Positions 37,966-50,216 of a DNA stretch of 64,000 nt are shown one piece after another. Made by a program: the position numbers and the translations under genes. Source of the DNA: Alphaproteobacteria bacterium (lineage in GTDB: Bacteria > Pseudomonadota > Alphaproteobacteria > Sphingomonadales > Sphingomonadaceae); contig JAUIFP010000005.1 in the NCBI GenBank assembly GCA_030430365.1, positions 1,326 to 65,325 on the forward strand, written 5' to 3'. The number at the start of each line of letters is the position of its first letter. Within the stretch, counting starts at the first letter, position 1. The notes under the pieces are model-generated. The model saw only the letters and a list, made by a program, of their open reading frames with translations, was not told the origin of the DNA and searched no databases.

Positions 37966-38553
37966 TTACAGTCCGCGCATCCAGTATCGCATGGCCTTGG
38001 GGCTTTCTTCGGCTTCCCCATGCTCCTTCCAGGTGAGCTGCGTCTCCAGCCCATCAACCGGCTCATAGCCGCGCTTGCGCCAGAATGTGTCCAGCGGACT
38101 GTATCCGTCGGGCTTGGCGGGATGATCGTCCGGCCGGATGACGGCGGCAAAGGTCGCGGCATTGGCACCTGCATCGCGCGCAGCGGCCTCTCGGTGATCG
38201 AAGAAGGCGTGACCTATCCCCTGCCCCCGATACTCGGGCAGAAGAACGCTCTCGCCGAAATAGAAGAGCTTCGACGTATCGATTCCGTGGTCTTCGAAAG
38301 GCGTACGGAATTCTTCTTTTTGCGCCCACATGGGTGACGCCGTAGCCGCGCCTACGATACTCTCCCCATCGAAAGCGGCCACCAGCACGGCATCGGGGGC
38401 GGCTGCGAATTCGCGGATATATTCCGCTTCGTATTCCTCATCGCCGTCATACAGATAGGGATAGGTCGAAAAGACTGTGAGCCTCAACGCGGCGAGATCC
38501 TTCAGATGGCCCGCAATCTCGGCACCAGACAATGTTCGCACATTCACCGTCAT
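37966..38553 (-). CDS. GNAT family acetyltransferase
   Basis: YPYLYDG, FYFGESVLLPEYRGQGIG, FWRKRGY. Confidence 0.9.
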   Translation of the reverse strand: MTVNVRTLSGAEIAGHLKDLAALRLTVFSTYPYLYDGDEEYEAEYIREFAAAPDAVLVAAFDGESIVGAATASPMWAQKEEFRTPFEDHGIDTSKLFYFGESVLLPEYRGQGIGHAFFDHREAAARDAGANAATFAAVIRPDDHPAKPDGYSPLDTFWRKRGYEPVDGLETQLTWKEHGEAEESPKAMRYWMRGL

Positions 38554-38960
38554 TGGGAGACCTGATCCGTCCAGTCCTGCAGATTGTAATAGACCGTCAC
38601 GCGATCGATCTTATCATCCGATACTTCGAAAAAGGTCCCGGCGGGCAAAACGTAGGTCTGTCCATTTGCTTCCGGCAAGCCTTCGTCGGTCGCAAGATAT
38701 TCGCCATGCACGATGAATTCCGCCGCGGCCCGTTTGCCGTCGCCATTTGCCATGATGACAACGTCCTCCAAGCGCTCGCGATAGCAGCGATCCATATGCG
38801 CCAGGAAAGCCCGAAAAGCGTCTTTGCCTTCCTGCCTGCCATTCTGATTGATGTGGTGCTCCACATTGTCCGAGAGGCAGGCCAGCATGCCCTCGGCATC
38901 GCCAGAATTGAAGGCGGCATAATAGCATTGAAGAAGTTCGATCGTGGTGCCTTGCGTCAT
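38550..38960 (-). CDS. SnoaL/ketosteroid isomerase-related protein
   Basis: YYAAFNSGD, AAAEFIVHGEYL.TDEGLP, RVTVYYNL; overlaps GNAT start. Confidence 0.88.
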   Translation of the reverse strand: MTQGTTIELLQCYYAAFNSGDAEGMLACLSDNVEHHINQNGRQEGKDAFRAFLAHMDRCYRERLEDVVIMANGDGKRAAAEFIVHGEYLATDEGLPEANGQTYVLPAGTFFEVSDDKIDRVTVYYNLQDWTDQVSQ

Positions 38961-39076
38961 GTCTTGCTCCGATTTGATGGCAGCCGCTCAAGCAGCGTTC
39001 GGGCCGCTTTCGTCAAGCCCCGAATTCGCAAGTGGGGCGAAACGAATATCGCGCAATGGCAATCGGCAAAAAGGAA

Positions 39077-39535
39077 CTACGTTTCTTCTGCGGCAGCCCA
39101 TTGGAGCAGGTCGAAATCGTCAGGCACGATCAGAAACAGGTTGGCGACCGGTGTCAGAAAGTGGCTGCGATGGCCGGTTCCGACGATGTCTTCGATGAAC
39201 ACCAGATCGCCCTTGCCCACACGGTGGCGCGTGCCGTCCCCCAATTCGACATCGAGTTCGCCGATCGTGTTGATGCTGAAGCGCTTGTTGGGCGCGCTCC
39301 CCCAATGAGAGACGCCCACACCGATGCTGCCTGCAGACACCGACTGCACTGGAATCGCCTTATTCCCGAAGACGCGCACGCGCCTGGCGTGAGAAACGCC
39401 CTCTGCATCCGGATAGACATGCAAGACCTCAATGATGCCTTCGGGCGGCGCGACAGGCGCCCCTTTGGCCGCAGTCACGCCCAAAGCCCCGAGCAGGGTG
39501 CCCGCGACCATTAATTCCCGGCGACTGGTTTCCAT
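39077..39535 (-). CDS. Cupin-like protein with twin-arginine-like signal
   Basis: SRRELM signal; GELDVELGDG...GDLVFIED..GTGH. Confidence 0.75.
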   Translation of the reverse strand: METSRRELMVAGTLLGALGVTAAKGAPVAPPEGIIEVLHVYPDAEGVSHARRVRVFGNKAIPVQSVSAGSIGVGVSHWGSAPNKRFSINTIGELDVELGDGTRHRVGKGDLVFIEDIVGTGHRSHFLTPVANLFLIVPDDFDLLQWAAAEET

Positions 39536-39807
39536 TCACTTTTCTCCAAGCGATCCTCGTTGAATGCACCGCAGATGATGCCGCACCGCTCATCAGGTGC
39601 CCATGGCTATTGTGGAAAGCGTGCCAGCCCGAACTGGCTGCAAGAGCCCGCAATGCGGCGTGATGCGGCCCAATTGCACCCGGATGCGAATTGCCTTATT
39701 GGCCATGGCAATCGCCCCGGCCGTGAAGTCAATCCGACTCGCGAGCGCCGGGGCTCGTTGTTTCAGAGGCCTGCCGTTCCTTTGGCCTCTACCGTTTGAG
39801 GAATGCC

Positions 39808-40608
<801 letters not shown>

Positions 40609-40624
40609 CTGCCGGCCGCGGGGC

Positions 40625-41587
40625 CTATCGCGCACCGCCAGGAACGAACAGTTTATAGGCCGTATCGAAGAAGATCGCCTTGCGTGCTTCATAAGGCATC
40701 TGTGCCGTGGCATCGAGCGCGCGCTGCAGATACGCGAAATGATCCTCTTGCAAATTGCCGAAATCCGATCCCCACAGCATCTGCTGTGCCCCATAAAGGT
40801 CGGCGGCGTAATTCATGAAACCCGTGAGATCGATCCCAGCCGGGTCAAGCGTCAGGAACATCAGATAGCTGGTGAACTTAAAATGGACGTTCTCATGCCC
40901 GGAGAGCGAATGATGCTGCGTTGTGAAACCGAAAGTGTTGGGAAAAGCTGCGGGGTCCGGGAAACCGCAATGATCGAGCACGATCTTCACATTGGGAAAG
41001 CGCATGGCGAATTTGCGCACCTTGCCCATGGCCGCATTCGCATCGCCGCCAAACAACATCAGCACGGCCACTAAACCCAGCTCGTCGATCGCTTCCCAGG
41101 AAGGAATAGCCGCTTCGGTAAGGCAGGTATGTTCGCCATTCTCATCGAGACCGGTGAAACGAACGCCCGCGATGTTTCCGCTCCGCGCAAGCTCGTGCAG
41201 CTTGGCAGGCGTTGCAGGATCCGTGGGCGAAAGGATGACGACCGGCAGAACACGCGCGGGATTGGCAGCGGATACGTCAAGCAAATAGCTGTTATCCGTC
41301 CCGAACGCGGAAAAATACTGAACGCCGGTTCCCAGCATGATCCCTGCATCATCCCAGAACTTCAAGACTTTTTGGGAGGTCGCCGGATTGCCTCTGACGA
41401 GATCGACCGTCCTTTCGAAGACGTCACTTTTGAGCGGATAGTTGTCCGGATCGATCGTGTGGAAATGCGCATGTGAATCGAAGATCGGAAACGGCGCATT
41501 CACAGTCCGGGCCTGAACACTAAAAGGCAATGCCTGCAATGCGCCGGCGGCGAGCGATCCTTTCAGCAGCAAACGACGACTGAACAT
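40625..41587 (-). CDS. Amidohydrolase_2 family protein with Tat-like signal
   Basis: SRRLLLK signal, FDSHAH, VLDHCG, LWGSDF. Confidence 0.85.
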   Translation of the reverse strand: MFSRRLLLKGSLAAGALQALPFSVQARTVNAPFPIFDSHAHFHTIDPDNYPLKSDVFERTVDLVRGNPATSQKVLKFWDDAGIMLGTGVQYFSAFGTDNSYLLDVSAANPARVLPVVILSPTDPATPAKLHELARSGNIAGVRFTGLDENGEHTCLTEAAIPSWEAIDELGLVAVLMLFGGDANAAMGKVRKFAMRFPNVKIVLDHCGFPDPAAFPNTFGFTTQHHSLSGHENVHFKFTSYLMFLTLDPAGIDLTGFMNYAADLYGAQQMLWGSDFGNLQEDHFAYLQRALDATAQMPYEARKAIFFDTAYKLFVPGGAR

Positions 41588-41800
41588 CGATTTCCTCCCC
41601 AATCTAGCGCGATGCCGCGCCTTTTCATTCCAGCGAGCCATAGAGCGGCGGTCGCCTTAAGTTCACACGTTAATTAAATGGACATTACATTAGATCACGC
41701 GCGGGACAAGCTGTCCTTGCGCAAGGTACCAACAGGCAGCTCTGCAAAACTGAAACCACAGCCATTGCCCGTTCAGGTTTTTGCCGCCATTCCCACGCCC

Positions 41801-44710
41801 ATGTTGCGTATTCCTCACTCGCCCATCGCCCGCCTCATCGCTGTCTTGCCGGCGTTTTTACTTGCGCCGGTAGCGGTTGCCGCGCCTGCGCAGGCGCAGG
41901 CCGCCACATCAGGCGCAAGCGAAGCAGCCGAGGACCAGCCGACCTGGGCGTTCGAGGAAAGCGATTTGCCTGTCGATCCAGCATTCCGCTTCGGCCAGCT
42001 GGAAAATGGCATGCGCTACATCATTCGGCAGAACGCGACGCCTCCTGGCCAAGGCGAAGTCCGGCTCTATGTCGATGCCGGCTCGCTCTCCGAACAGGAT
42101 GACGAACTCGGCTATGCGCATTTCATCGAGCACATGGCATTCAACGGTTCGAAGAAAGTGCCCGAAGGGGAGATGGTAAAGCTGCTGGAGCGCGAAGGCC
42201 TCGCCTTCGGCGCCGATACGAATGCTTCCACCAGTTTCGATTCCACAATCTATAAGCTCAATCTCCCGCGCAACGATATCGAGCTTCTCGACACAGCCAT
42301 GATGCTGATGCGCGAGACGGCCAGCGAGCTGACTTTTGCCCCCGAAGCGGTCGAGCGGGAAAAGGGCGTGATCCTCTCGGAAAAGCGCGTTCGCGATACC
42401 TATGCAATGCGCAACCTCTTAGACAGCTTGGCCTTCTCCTACCCCTCCGCGCTTCTCGCGGATCGCCTGCCCATCGGAACCACCGGAACGCTCAACGCGG
42501 CCAGTTCCGAAAAACTGAAGGCCCTCTACGAGCGGCTCTATACGCCCGGCAATTCCACTGTGATTGTCATTGGCGATTTCGATCCCGATCTGGTCGAACA
42601 GAAGATCCGCGAATATTTCACTGATTGGGCCTCAGCCCCAACTCCTCCCTCACCGGATGCAGGCCCGATCGACCCGCAACATTCCGGCGAGACATCTATT
42701 TATGTCGACCCCGCACTTTCGGAACGGATCACGCTGTCGCGAAACGGCCCGTGGCTGGGCGAACAGGACAATGCCGAGAACCGCCGCATCAACCTGCTCC
42801 GCAGGATCGGCTACGGCATCGTCAACCGCCGTTTCCAGCGCATGGCAAATGGCGAGGCGCCGCCCTTTCGCGGCGCGGGCCTGGGAACCAGTGATGTGTT
42901 CGAGGCAGGACGGACGACCAATTTGATGATCGATGCTGGCGATGGCGAATGGCAAAATGGGCTTTCAGCCGCGGTCACGGAATATCGCCGCGCCATGGCC
43001 TACGGATTTTCGCAAGCGGAAGTGGACGAACAGCTCGCCATCATACGTACCGGCCTGGAAAACAATGTTGCCGGCGCCGAAACGCGCAGCAATTCCGCAC
43101 TCACGGCTGCCGCGATCGGCCTGGTGGAGGAAGACCAGATACCCACTACACCGCAAAGCGGGCTGGAACGCTTTGAGAGCTACGCTGACGAGATTACGCC
43201 TCAAACAGTGATGGATGCGCTCCTGCAGGAAGCTTTGCCGTTGGAAGACCCTCTCCTGCGCTTCGAAGGCCGAACCGCGCCCGAGGGAGGCGAAGAGGCG
43301 CTCCGCACTGCGCTGGAAGCCGCGATGGCAACTCCGGTCGAGCGCGGAGAGCTCCTTTCGGGCATCGACTTTGCCTATACCGATTTCGGGGCGCCGGGAT
43401 TGATCGTGCAAGACGAAGTCGATCCCGAATTGGGCATTCGCGAACTGCGCTTCGAGAACGGCCTGCGCCTCAATCTCAAGCACACGGAGCTGGAGCAGGA
43501 CCGGGTACGCTTCGAACTCAACATCGACGGCGGGGAAATGCTCGATACGGCGGAAAATCCGCTGGCCACCGCAATGGTCTCTCTGCTGCCGCGAGGCGGC
43601 CTGGGCAAGCACAGCTATGACGAATTGCAGACGATGCTGGCCGGACGCAGCGTGAGCTATTCCATCAGGTCGCGCGGTGACACATTCGAAATGAGCGGAA
43701 CGACCACACCGCGCGATCTGGAACTGCAGCTGGACCTGCTGGCTGCGGCTATCAGCGATCCGGGATACCGTCCGCAGGGCGAGGAACAATATCGCAGAAG
43801 CGTGGCGAATTTCTTCGCCCGCAAGGATGCAACCCCCAATGCGGCAGTCAGTAGTGCACTGGGCGGCATCGTTTCCGACGGCGACCCTCGCTTCACGCTG
43901 CAGCCAATGGATGACTATCAGACCCTGAGCTTCGATCAGCTGCAGCACGATATCGGCAACCGCCTCTCTTACGGAGCGCTGGAACTCACACTCGTCGGGG
44001 ATTTCGATGAGGAGAAAGCCATTGCGATGGTCGCAGAATCGCTTGGCGCCCTGCCCGCCCGAGAGCCCGATTTCCGGCCCTACAGCGAAGCACGCAAACG
44101 CAGTTTCACGCAGGACCGCAGTGAGCGCCTGATCCGCCATTCTGGCAATCAGGACCAGGCGCTGCTTCAGATGATATGGCCGACCCGCGACGACGCGGAC
44201 CCGGTCGAGACGATGAAGCTGGAACTGCTTGAACGGGTCATCCGGATCGAGCTTACCGACTCCTTGCGCGAAGAGCTCGGCCAGACTTACTCGCCCGGGG
44301 CCAGCGCCAGCCAGTCGCGCGATTACGAAGACTATGGAACCTTCACGGTCTCCGCTGCGCTCGACACAGGGGACGTCGATGCGGCTCGCACCGCGATCAT
44401 AGAAACGATCGAAGGTCTGCGCAGCAAGCTTGTGGATGAAGATACGCTGCTGCGCGCGCGCCGCCCGATGGAAGAGCAGTTGGAGAACATGCTCAAGACC
44501 AACAAGGGATGGATGAGCCTGGTCGACCGGGCACAGAGCGAAGCGGACAGGATCGATCGCTATCTCAATGCGCGCTCCACATTGGATAGCCTCACTTCTC
44601 AGGACCTTCAGGCCGAAGCGCAGCGTTATCTCGATCCGGAGGAGCGTCTGGAAGTCCTGGCGCTGCCAGAACCACCTTCGCCCGAAATGGAGCCCGCCGG
44701 GGACGAATGA
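41801..44710 (+). CDS. M16 family zinc protease (PqqL-like)
   Basis: GQLENGMRY, inverted zinc motif HFIEHMAFNGS, FGADTNAST, second half FENGLR. Confidence 0.93.
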   Translation: MLRIPHSPIARLIAVLPAFLLAPVAVAAPAQAQAATSGASEAAEDQPTWAFEESDLPVDPAFRFGQLENGMRYIIRQNATPPGQGEVRLYVDAGSLSEQDDELGYAHFIEHMAFNGSKKVPEGEMVKLLEREGLAFGADTNASTSFDSTIYKLNLPRNDIELLDTAMMLMRETASELTFAPEAVEREKGVILSEKRVRDTYAMRNLLDSLAFSYPSALLADRLPIGTTGTLNAASSEKLKALYERLYTPGNSTVIVIGDFDPDLVEQKIREYFTDWASAPTPPSPDAGPIDPQHSGETSIYVDPALSERITLSRNGPWLGEQDNAENRRINLLRRIGYGIVNRRFQRMANGEAPPFRGAGLGTSDVFEAGRTTNLMIDAGDGEWQNGLSAAVTEYRRAMAYGFSQAEVDEQLAIIRTGLENNVAGAETRSNSALTAAAIGLVEEDQIPTTPQSGLERFESYADEITPQTVMDALLQEALPLEDPLLRFEGRTAPEGGEEALRTALEAAMATPVERGELLSGIDFAYTDFGAPGLIVQDEVDPELGIRELRFENGLRLNLKHTELEQDRVRFELNIDGGEMLDTAENPLATAMVSLLPRGGLGKHSYDELQTMLAGRSVSYSIRSRGDTFEMSGTTTPRDLELQLDLLAAAISDPGYRPQGEEQYRRSVANFFARKDATPNAAVSSALGGIVSDGDPRFTLQPMDDYQTLSFDQLQHDIGNRLSYGALELTLVGDFDEEKAIAMVAESLGALPAREPDFRPYSEARKRSFTQDRSERLIRHSGNQDQALLQMIWPTRDDADPVETMKLELLERVIRIELTDSLREELGQTYSPGASASQSRDYEDYGTFTVSAALDTGDVDAARTAIIETIEGLRSKLVDEDTLLRARRPMEEQLENMLKTNKGWMSLVDRAQSEADRIDRYLNARSTLDSLTSQDLQAEAQRYLDPEERLEVLALPEPPSPEMEPAGDE

Positions 44711-44792
44711 GCCCAGCATCCTTGCGCAACACTGCGACCGGTTGCATAGGCTGCGCCCGCGAGTCCATTTTCCGACACTCAAAGGCCAGCCG

Positions 44793-45023
44793 ATGAAGGT
44801 ACAAATCCATGTCAGCCTCAAGCCAGGTGTGCTCGACCCGCAGGGCCGTGCAATCCATCACGCGCTGGACGGCTTGGGATTTTCTGGAATCAATGACGTT
44901 CGGGCCGGCAGGCTGATCGAACTCGATGTCGACGAGAATGTGACCGACGAAGCGCTTGACGAAATGTGCCGCAAGCTGCTGGCCAATATGGTAATCGAAA
45001 ACTACCGCATCGAAAGGGCGTAA
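44793..45023 (+). CDS. purS: FGAM synthase subunit PurS
   Basis: [10 protein letters not shown]...[11 protein letters not shown]. Confidence 0.95.
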   Translation: MKVQIHVSLKPGVLDPQGRAIHHALDGLGFSGINDVRAGRLIELDVDENVTDEALDEMCRKLLANMVIENYRIERA

Positions 45024-45025
45024 GC

Positions 45026-45703
45026 ATGGCTTTCCGTTCCGCCGTCATCACTTTTCCGGGCTCCAATTGCGACCGGGACATGGCGGTGGCACTGGAGCAT
45101 GTTTCCGGCACCCCTGCCCTGCGCGTGTGGCACGGCGATTCCGCCTTGCCGGAGGGTCTCGATTTCATCGCCGTTCCCGGCGGGTTCTCCTATGGCGACT
45201 ATCTGCGCTGCGGTGCCATTGCCTCACGGTCGCCGGTGATGCGGGCTGTGATCGAGCAGGCGGAGCGCGGCGTGCCGGTTCTGGGTGTGTGCAACGGCTT
45301 TCAGGTTCTCACCGAAAGCGGGCTCCTGCCCGGCGCGCTCATGCGAAATGCCCAGCTCAACTTCACCTGCCGCGATGTCCCTCTGCGGGTAGAGAATAGC
45401 CAGTCGCTCTTCACGTCAGGTTTTGAGGCCGGGCAGGAGATTAGCCTGCCCGTCGCCCACCACGACGGCAACTATTTCGCCGATGAAGAGACGCTCGACC
45501 GGCTGGAAGGCGAAGGCCGCGTGGCTTTCCGCTACCTGGAGGCGATCAACGGCTCTCAGCGGGGTATTGCCGGTGTGCTGAACCAGGCCGGCAATGTCCT
45601 GGGAATGATGCCGCATCCCGAACGCGCCATCGAAGACGTTCTTGGCGGTTCAGACGGCTATACTCTGTTCGAAAGCGCAGTAAAAAGCCTGGCAGAGGCT
45701 TGA
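45026..45703 (+). CDS. purQ: FGAM synthase glutaminase subunit PurQ
   Basis: [33 protein letters not shown]. Confidence 0.96.
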   Translation: MAFRSAVITFPGSNCDRDMAVALEHVSGTPALRVWHGDSALPEGLDFIAVPGGFSYGDYLRCGAIASRSPVMRAVIEQAERGVPVLGVCNGFQVLTESGLLPGALMRNAQLNFTCRDVPLRVENSQSLFTSGFEAGQEISLPVAHHDGNYFADEETLDRLEGEGRVAFRYLEAINGSQRGIAGVLNQAGNVLGMMPHPERAIEDVLGGSDGYTLFESAVKSLAEA

Positions 45704-45740
45704 GGTTGCAAGGGTAGGCGTGCGCCGCCCTGCCCATCGC

Positions 45741-48101
45741 TTAGGCGACGGCGCCCTGAAGCTTTGGCCGGCTGCCGAACAGGCCCAGCGCATCTTCCGC
45801 CGTCATCGGACGCCCGAAATAATATCCTTGGATCTTGTTGCAGCCCAGGTCGCGAATAAGCGCCGCTTCCTCGCCAGTCTCCACGCCTTCGGCCGTGGTC
45901 GACATATCCAGGCTCTCCGCCATCGCCACGACAGCGCGGATGATGGCCAGGCTTTCGATATTCCCGACAGCGGCGCCCTGCACGAAGCTGCGGTCGATCT
46001 TGATAGTCGAGAAGCGCAATGTCCGAAGATAACCCAGCGAAGAATAACCGGTACCGAAATCGTCCAGCGCCACGCTGCAACCCAGATCCATGATCTGTTC
46101 AAGCGTCGCGCGCGCCGTGGGCCCGTCACGCACGAAAATGCTCTCGGTCACCTCGATCTCCAGGCGGTGCGCCGGCAGACCGGTGCTGGCAAGCGCATTG
46201 GTGACCTTGGCCGCGAATTGCGGATCGAGCAGTTGCTTGCCCGAAACATTGACTGCCACGCGGACATGGTTCGGCCAGTTCAGTGCCTCCTTGCAGGCCT
46301 CACGCAATACCCAATCGCCAATCGGGACGATCAGCAGCGTGTCTTCCGCGATCGGAACGAACTTTGCCGGGCTGACGAAGCCGTGTTCCTTGCTCTGCCA
46401 GCGCAGCAGCGCCTCGAAGCTGACCACCGTCTCGCTATGCGCGTCCACGACGGGCTGGAAATTGAGTTTCAATTCATTGCGGGCGAGCGCGCGGCGCAGC
46501 GAGAGTTCCAGCTGGCGCCGCTCCTCGGCATGGGCATGGAGCGCCGGCTGATAGGTGCAGTGAATCGAACCGCCCTCATCCTTGGCCTGGTAAAGCGCAA
46601 GGTCGGCGTTGCGCATCAATGTCTCGACGGCTTCCCCGTCGCGCGGACCGATGGCCGAACCGACACTCGCCCCGACATAAAGCGTGTGATGCTCAACTTC
46701 ATAAGGGAGCGAGAGATGCTCGATGATCGATTGCGCGACCTTGTCCACGCGTCCGCGATCCGAAGCGTCGCGGATAACCACCGCGAATTCATCGCCGCCC
46801 AGGCGCCCGCAAAGTTCGTTCTCGCTCATCAGGCCCTTGAGCCGCGAAGCAACGCGCGCAAGCAATTCATCTCCAACGAGATGCCCAAGGGAATCGTTCA
46901 CTTCCTTGAAGCGGTCGAGATCGATCATCAGGAACGCACAGCGCGTTCGCCACTGCGCGGCATAGCGCATGGCTTCGCCCAGCGCTTCGGTCAGCATCAG
47001 GCGGTTCGGAAGCCCCGTCAGCGTATCATAGCGGGCAAGGTAAGCGATCTTTTCGTCGGATTCACGCCGCTCGGTAACGTCGGACCCAACACCGCGGAAT
47101 CCCAGGAAGGTGCCGTTCTCGTCCAGCATCGGAGTGCCGGAAAGTTCCCACCAGCGCTTTTGCCCGGCGATCAGGACCTGAACCAGCAGATTGGAGAAGT
47201 TTTCGCGGCGTTTGAGCCGTTCGGCGAGGTCATGCAGGCTTGGCGGAAACTGGCCGGTTTCCCAAGCGGATCCCGCAACCAGCTGGATGAAGGATTTGCC
47301 GTTGATCTCTTCCAGATCCAAGCCAAGCGCAAAGGCGAAACGCGGGCTGGCGGACCGGATCTTGCGCGCGGTATCAATCTGCCAAAGCCAGTCCGCCTCG
47401 TTCTCTTCGAATTCACGCAGAAGCAGCGAGACGACTTCGCTCTGCTCGGCAACGTCGGCTTCGGCAATGCGCGATGCGAGATAGGTGCGCGCGTTGCGCA
47501 CGGCGCCGCCCATGGCAAGGCCGCAGAATGAGGCAACCAATGCGGCGTAACCGTAACGCCCTTCCTGAGCGAACATCGTGATCGCTGCAGCACCAGTAAC
47601 AAGCGCAAGCACCAGCGTTGTGACGGGTGTCGATGCAAAGGCCAGCGCGGTGCCGGTTATGAGCATTGCAGTCAGCGCCCAAAAGGCGATGTGATCGATC
47701 TCTTGGGCATATGGCATGAAGAGAAAATACGGGGCAGCCCACACCGCCGCGACGAGGGCCACGGCCGCCATATGGCGAAAATACTCGCCCCGCGTCATGG
47801 CCCTGCGATCGACATCGCACAGTGCATTGTCAACATGCGAAGCGTGCCACAAGGATGCAACGAGCGCGAGCACCCATCCCGCAAGGAGATAGTGCGGCAC
47901 CGTTTCGAAGAAGATGCTGAGTGTCAGGAACAAGGCAATGGCATGAGCCAGAAAGCGCGAAGCCGACATCGCTTCAAGCCGCGCATACTGCAATGCGCGG
48001 AGCCGTGCCCAGCTGCCCTCTTGAGGCTGGGTCAGGCCAACAACGGCCAGATTGGTCAGCCTGAGCGGCAGACGCGGAAGATCGGCGTGCGTTTCTTTCA
48101 C
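45741..48101 (-). CDS. Membrane-bound PAS-GGDEF-EAL protein
   Basis: N-terminal TM helices, RLGGDEF, FEALLRW, DDFGTGYSS. Confidence 0.92.
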   Translation of the reverse strand: MKETHADLPRLPLRLTNLAVVGLTQPQEGSWARLRALQYARLEAMSASRFLAHAIALFLTLSIFFETVPHYLLAGWVLALVASLWHASHVDNALCDVDRRAMTRGEYFRHMAAVALVAAVWAAPYFLFMPYAQEIDHIAFWALTAMLITGTALAFASTPVTTLVLALVTGAAAITMFAQEGRYGYAALVASFCGLAMGGAVRNARTYLASRIAEADVAEQSEVVSLLLREFEENEADWLWQIDTARKIRSASPRFAFALGLDLEEINGKSFIQLVAGSAWETGQFPPSLHDLAERLKRRENFSNLLVQVLIAGQKRWWELSGTPMLDENGTFLGFRGVGSDVTERRESDEKIAYLARYDTLTGLPNRLMLTEALGEAMRYAAQWRTRCAFLMIDLDRFKEVNDSLGHLVGDELLARVASRLKGLMSENELCGRLGGDEFAVVIRDASDRGRVDKVAQSIIEHLSLPYEVEHHTLYVGASVGSAIGPRDGEAVETLMRNADLALYQAKDEGGSIHCTYQPALHAHAEERRQLELSLRRALARNELKLNFQPVVDAHSETVVSFEALLRWQSKEHGFVSPAKFVPIAEDTLLIVPIGDWVLREACKEALNWPNHVRVAVNVSGKQLLDPQFAAKVTNALASTGLPAHRLEIEVTESIFVRDGPTARATLEQIMDLGCSVALDDFGTGYSSLGYLRTLRFSTIKIDRSFVQGAAVGNIESLAIIRAVVAMAESLDMSTTAEGVETGEEAALIRDLGCNKIQGYYFGRPMTAEDALGLFGSRPKLQGAVA

Positions 48102-48171
48102 GCCGATGCAAGTAGTGAAAATTGGTTAGCGCCGCGTAAACTTGCCGCGCAGTAGTAAGCCTGAGACGGAT

Positions 48172-49995
48172 TTACTCAACCGTTACGGATTTCGCCAGGT
48201 TGCGCGGCTGATCGACATCTGTGCCTTTCACACAGGCCGTATGATAGGCCAGTAATTGCACGGGAACGGCATAAACGAGCGGCGCGATCAGCGGATGAAC
48301 CTTGGGCATTTCGATGGTCGCCATGCAACCTTCCCCCGCCTCGGCCAGGCCTGCAGCATCCGATATCAGAACAATCTTTCCGCCGCGCGCGCGCACTTCC
48401 TGCATATTGGAAACCGTCTTTTCGAACAGCGGGCCGGATGGCGCCAGCACGATCACCGGAACCGCCTCGTCAATCAGTGCGATCGGCCCATGCTTCATTT
48501 CACCCGATGCATAACCTTCGGCATGAATGTAGCTGATTTCCTTCAGTTTCAGTGCGCCTTCCATAGCAAGCGCATAGTCCGGGCCCCGCCCCATATAGAG
48601 CACGTCCCGCGCAGGCGCGATGAGATGCGCCATGTTCGCGATTTCCTCGTCATGCAGCAGTGCGGCATTGAGACTGGCCGGCGCTTCCAGCAGATGCCCC
48701 ACTACATCGGCCTCTTCCTCGCGGTCCATCCTGCCCTTCACCACCGCCATACGCGTGGCCAATGCCGCGAGCACGGCAAGCTGACAGGTGAAGGCCTTGG
48801 TCGAAGCGACCCCGATCTCCGGCCCTGCATTGGTGGGAAGCAGTAGGTCGGCCTCTCGCGCCATTGAACTGGTCGGCACATTGACGACAACGGCAATCAC
48901 CTGCCCGGCCGCTCTGCAATGGCGCAGTGCCGCAAGCGTATCGGCGGTTTCGCCGCTTTGCGAAATGAATATGGACAGTCCGCCTTCCATCAGGACCGGA
49001 TCGCGATATCTGAACTCGCTCGCCACATCGATATCGACTGGGACCTGAGCGAAATGCTCGAACCAGTATTTCGCGACCATCGCCGCGTAATAACTCGTCC
49101 CGCAGGCGACAATCGTCACGCGGCTGATATCGGATAGATCGAAATCCACTTGCGGAAGGCTGACCTGGCGTTCCAGCTGGCGGATATAGGAGCGCAAGGT
49201 CTGCGCCACCGCCGTTGGCTGTTCGAAGATCTCCTTCTGCATGTGATGGCGATAGTTACCCTTTTCGATCTCGCTGGCAGACGCATTGGAGGTTGTGATT
49301 TCACGTTCGACCGGATCGTTCTGCTTGTCGAAGATCTGTGCGCCATCGCGCGTCACGATCGCCCAGTCGCCTTCTTCGAGATAGGCGATACGCTGGGTAA
49401 GCGGTGCAAGCGCAAGCGCATCGGAGCCCAGATAGGTCTCTCCGTCCCCGTAACCGATTACCAGCGGCGATCCGAGCCGCGCACCGATCAACATGTCCGG
49501 ATGTTGGCGAAAAGCGATCGCCAAAGCGAATGCGCCGCGCAGCTTCGGCAGGATTTCGCTTACGGCCGCAGCGGGATCCTTCCCGGCCTCGATTCCTTCC
49601 GAGATCAGATGCGCCACGACTTCGCTATCCGTCTCGCTTTCGAACTCGCGGCCGCGCCCGGAAAGCTCTTCCCGCAATGAACGGAAGTTCTCGATGATGC
49701 CGTTGTGGACGATGGCCACTTCGCGCGTCGCGTGCGGATGGGCGTTGTTCTGCGTCGGCGCGCCGTGGGTTGCCCAGCGCGTATGCGCTATGCCGAGAGT
49801 CCCCGGTGCAGGATTGTTTTCAAGCTCGGCAACCAGATTGACGAGCTTGCCCGGAGCGCGGCGGCGAACGAGGTTCCCATCATGCACAGTGCACACGCCG
49901 GCACTGTCATAGCCGCGATATTCCATGCGTTTGAGGCCTTCGACCAGCCTGTCGCTGACCGCTTCCTTGCCGACGATGCCGATTATTCCGCACAT
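48172..49995 (-). CDS. glmS: Glutamine--fructose-6-phosphate aminotransferase
   Basis: MCGIIG, EYRGYDSAG, HTRWATHG, SQSGETADT, PRNLAKSVTVE. Confidence 0.98.
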   Translation of the reverse strand: MCGIIGIVGKEAVSDRLVEGLKRMEYRGYDSAGVCTVHDGNLVRRRAPGKLVNLVAELENNPAPGTLGIAHTRWATHGAPTQNNAHPHATREVAIVHNGIIENFRSLREELSGRGREFESETDSEVVAHLISEGIEAGKDPAAAVSEILPKLRGAFALAIAFRQHPDMLIGARLGSPLVIGYGDGETYLGSDALALAPLTQRIAYLEEGDWAIVTRDGAQIFDKQNDPVEREITTSNASASEIEKGNYRHHMQKEIFEQPTAVAQTLRSYIRQLERQVSLPQVDFDLSDISRVTIVACGTSYYAAMVAKYWFEHFAQVPVDIDVASEFRYRDPVLMEGGLSIFISQSGETADTLAALRHCRAAGQVIAVVVNVPTSSMAREADLLLPTNAGPEIGVASTKAFTCQLAVLAALATRMAVVKGRMDREEEADVVGHLLEAPASLNAALLHDEEIANMAHLIAPARDVLYMGRGPDYALAMEGALKLKEISYIHAEGYASGEMKHGPIALIDEAVPVIVLAPSGPLFEKTVSNMQEVRARGGKIVLISDAAGLAEAGEGCMATIEMPKVHPLIAPLVYAVPVQLLAYHTACVKGTDVDQPRNLAKSVTVE

Positions 49996-50216
49996 AGGAT
50001 TATATGTTCAATTCTTGTTACGGGCAGGACGTGGCCCGGATCGGAGCCACACTTCGTCCCTAGCGAATATTGCACGTTGCGCAAAAAAACACCCCATGAT
50101 CCGGACGCATCCCCCAAATATCCCGGCCGAAATGAACACTTGCTTTGCAAGCTTACGGTTTGGAAAAGAACGGACACCCTTGGCGGCCAACCACGCACAG
50201 GGAATTGGGAGGCAGA

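Noticed and set aside
39536-39807. Riboswitch upstream of purC
   Set aside because: Some inverted repeats present but no recognisable ZTP or purine riboswitch consensus
50006-50020. LexA-like box GTTC-N7-GTTA upstream of glmS
   Set aside because: Imperfect single match in front of a gene not expected in the SOS regulon
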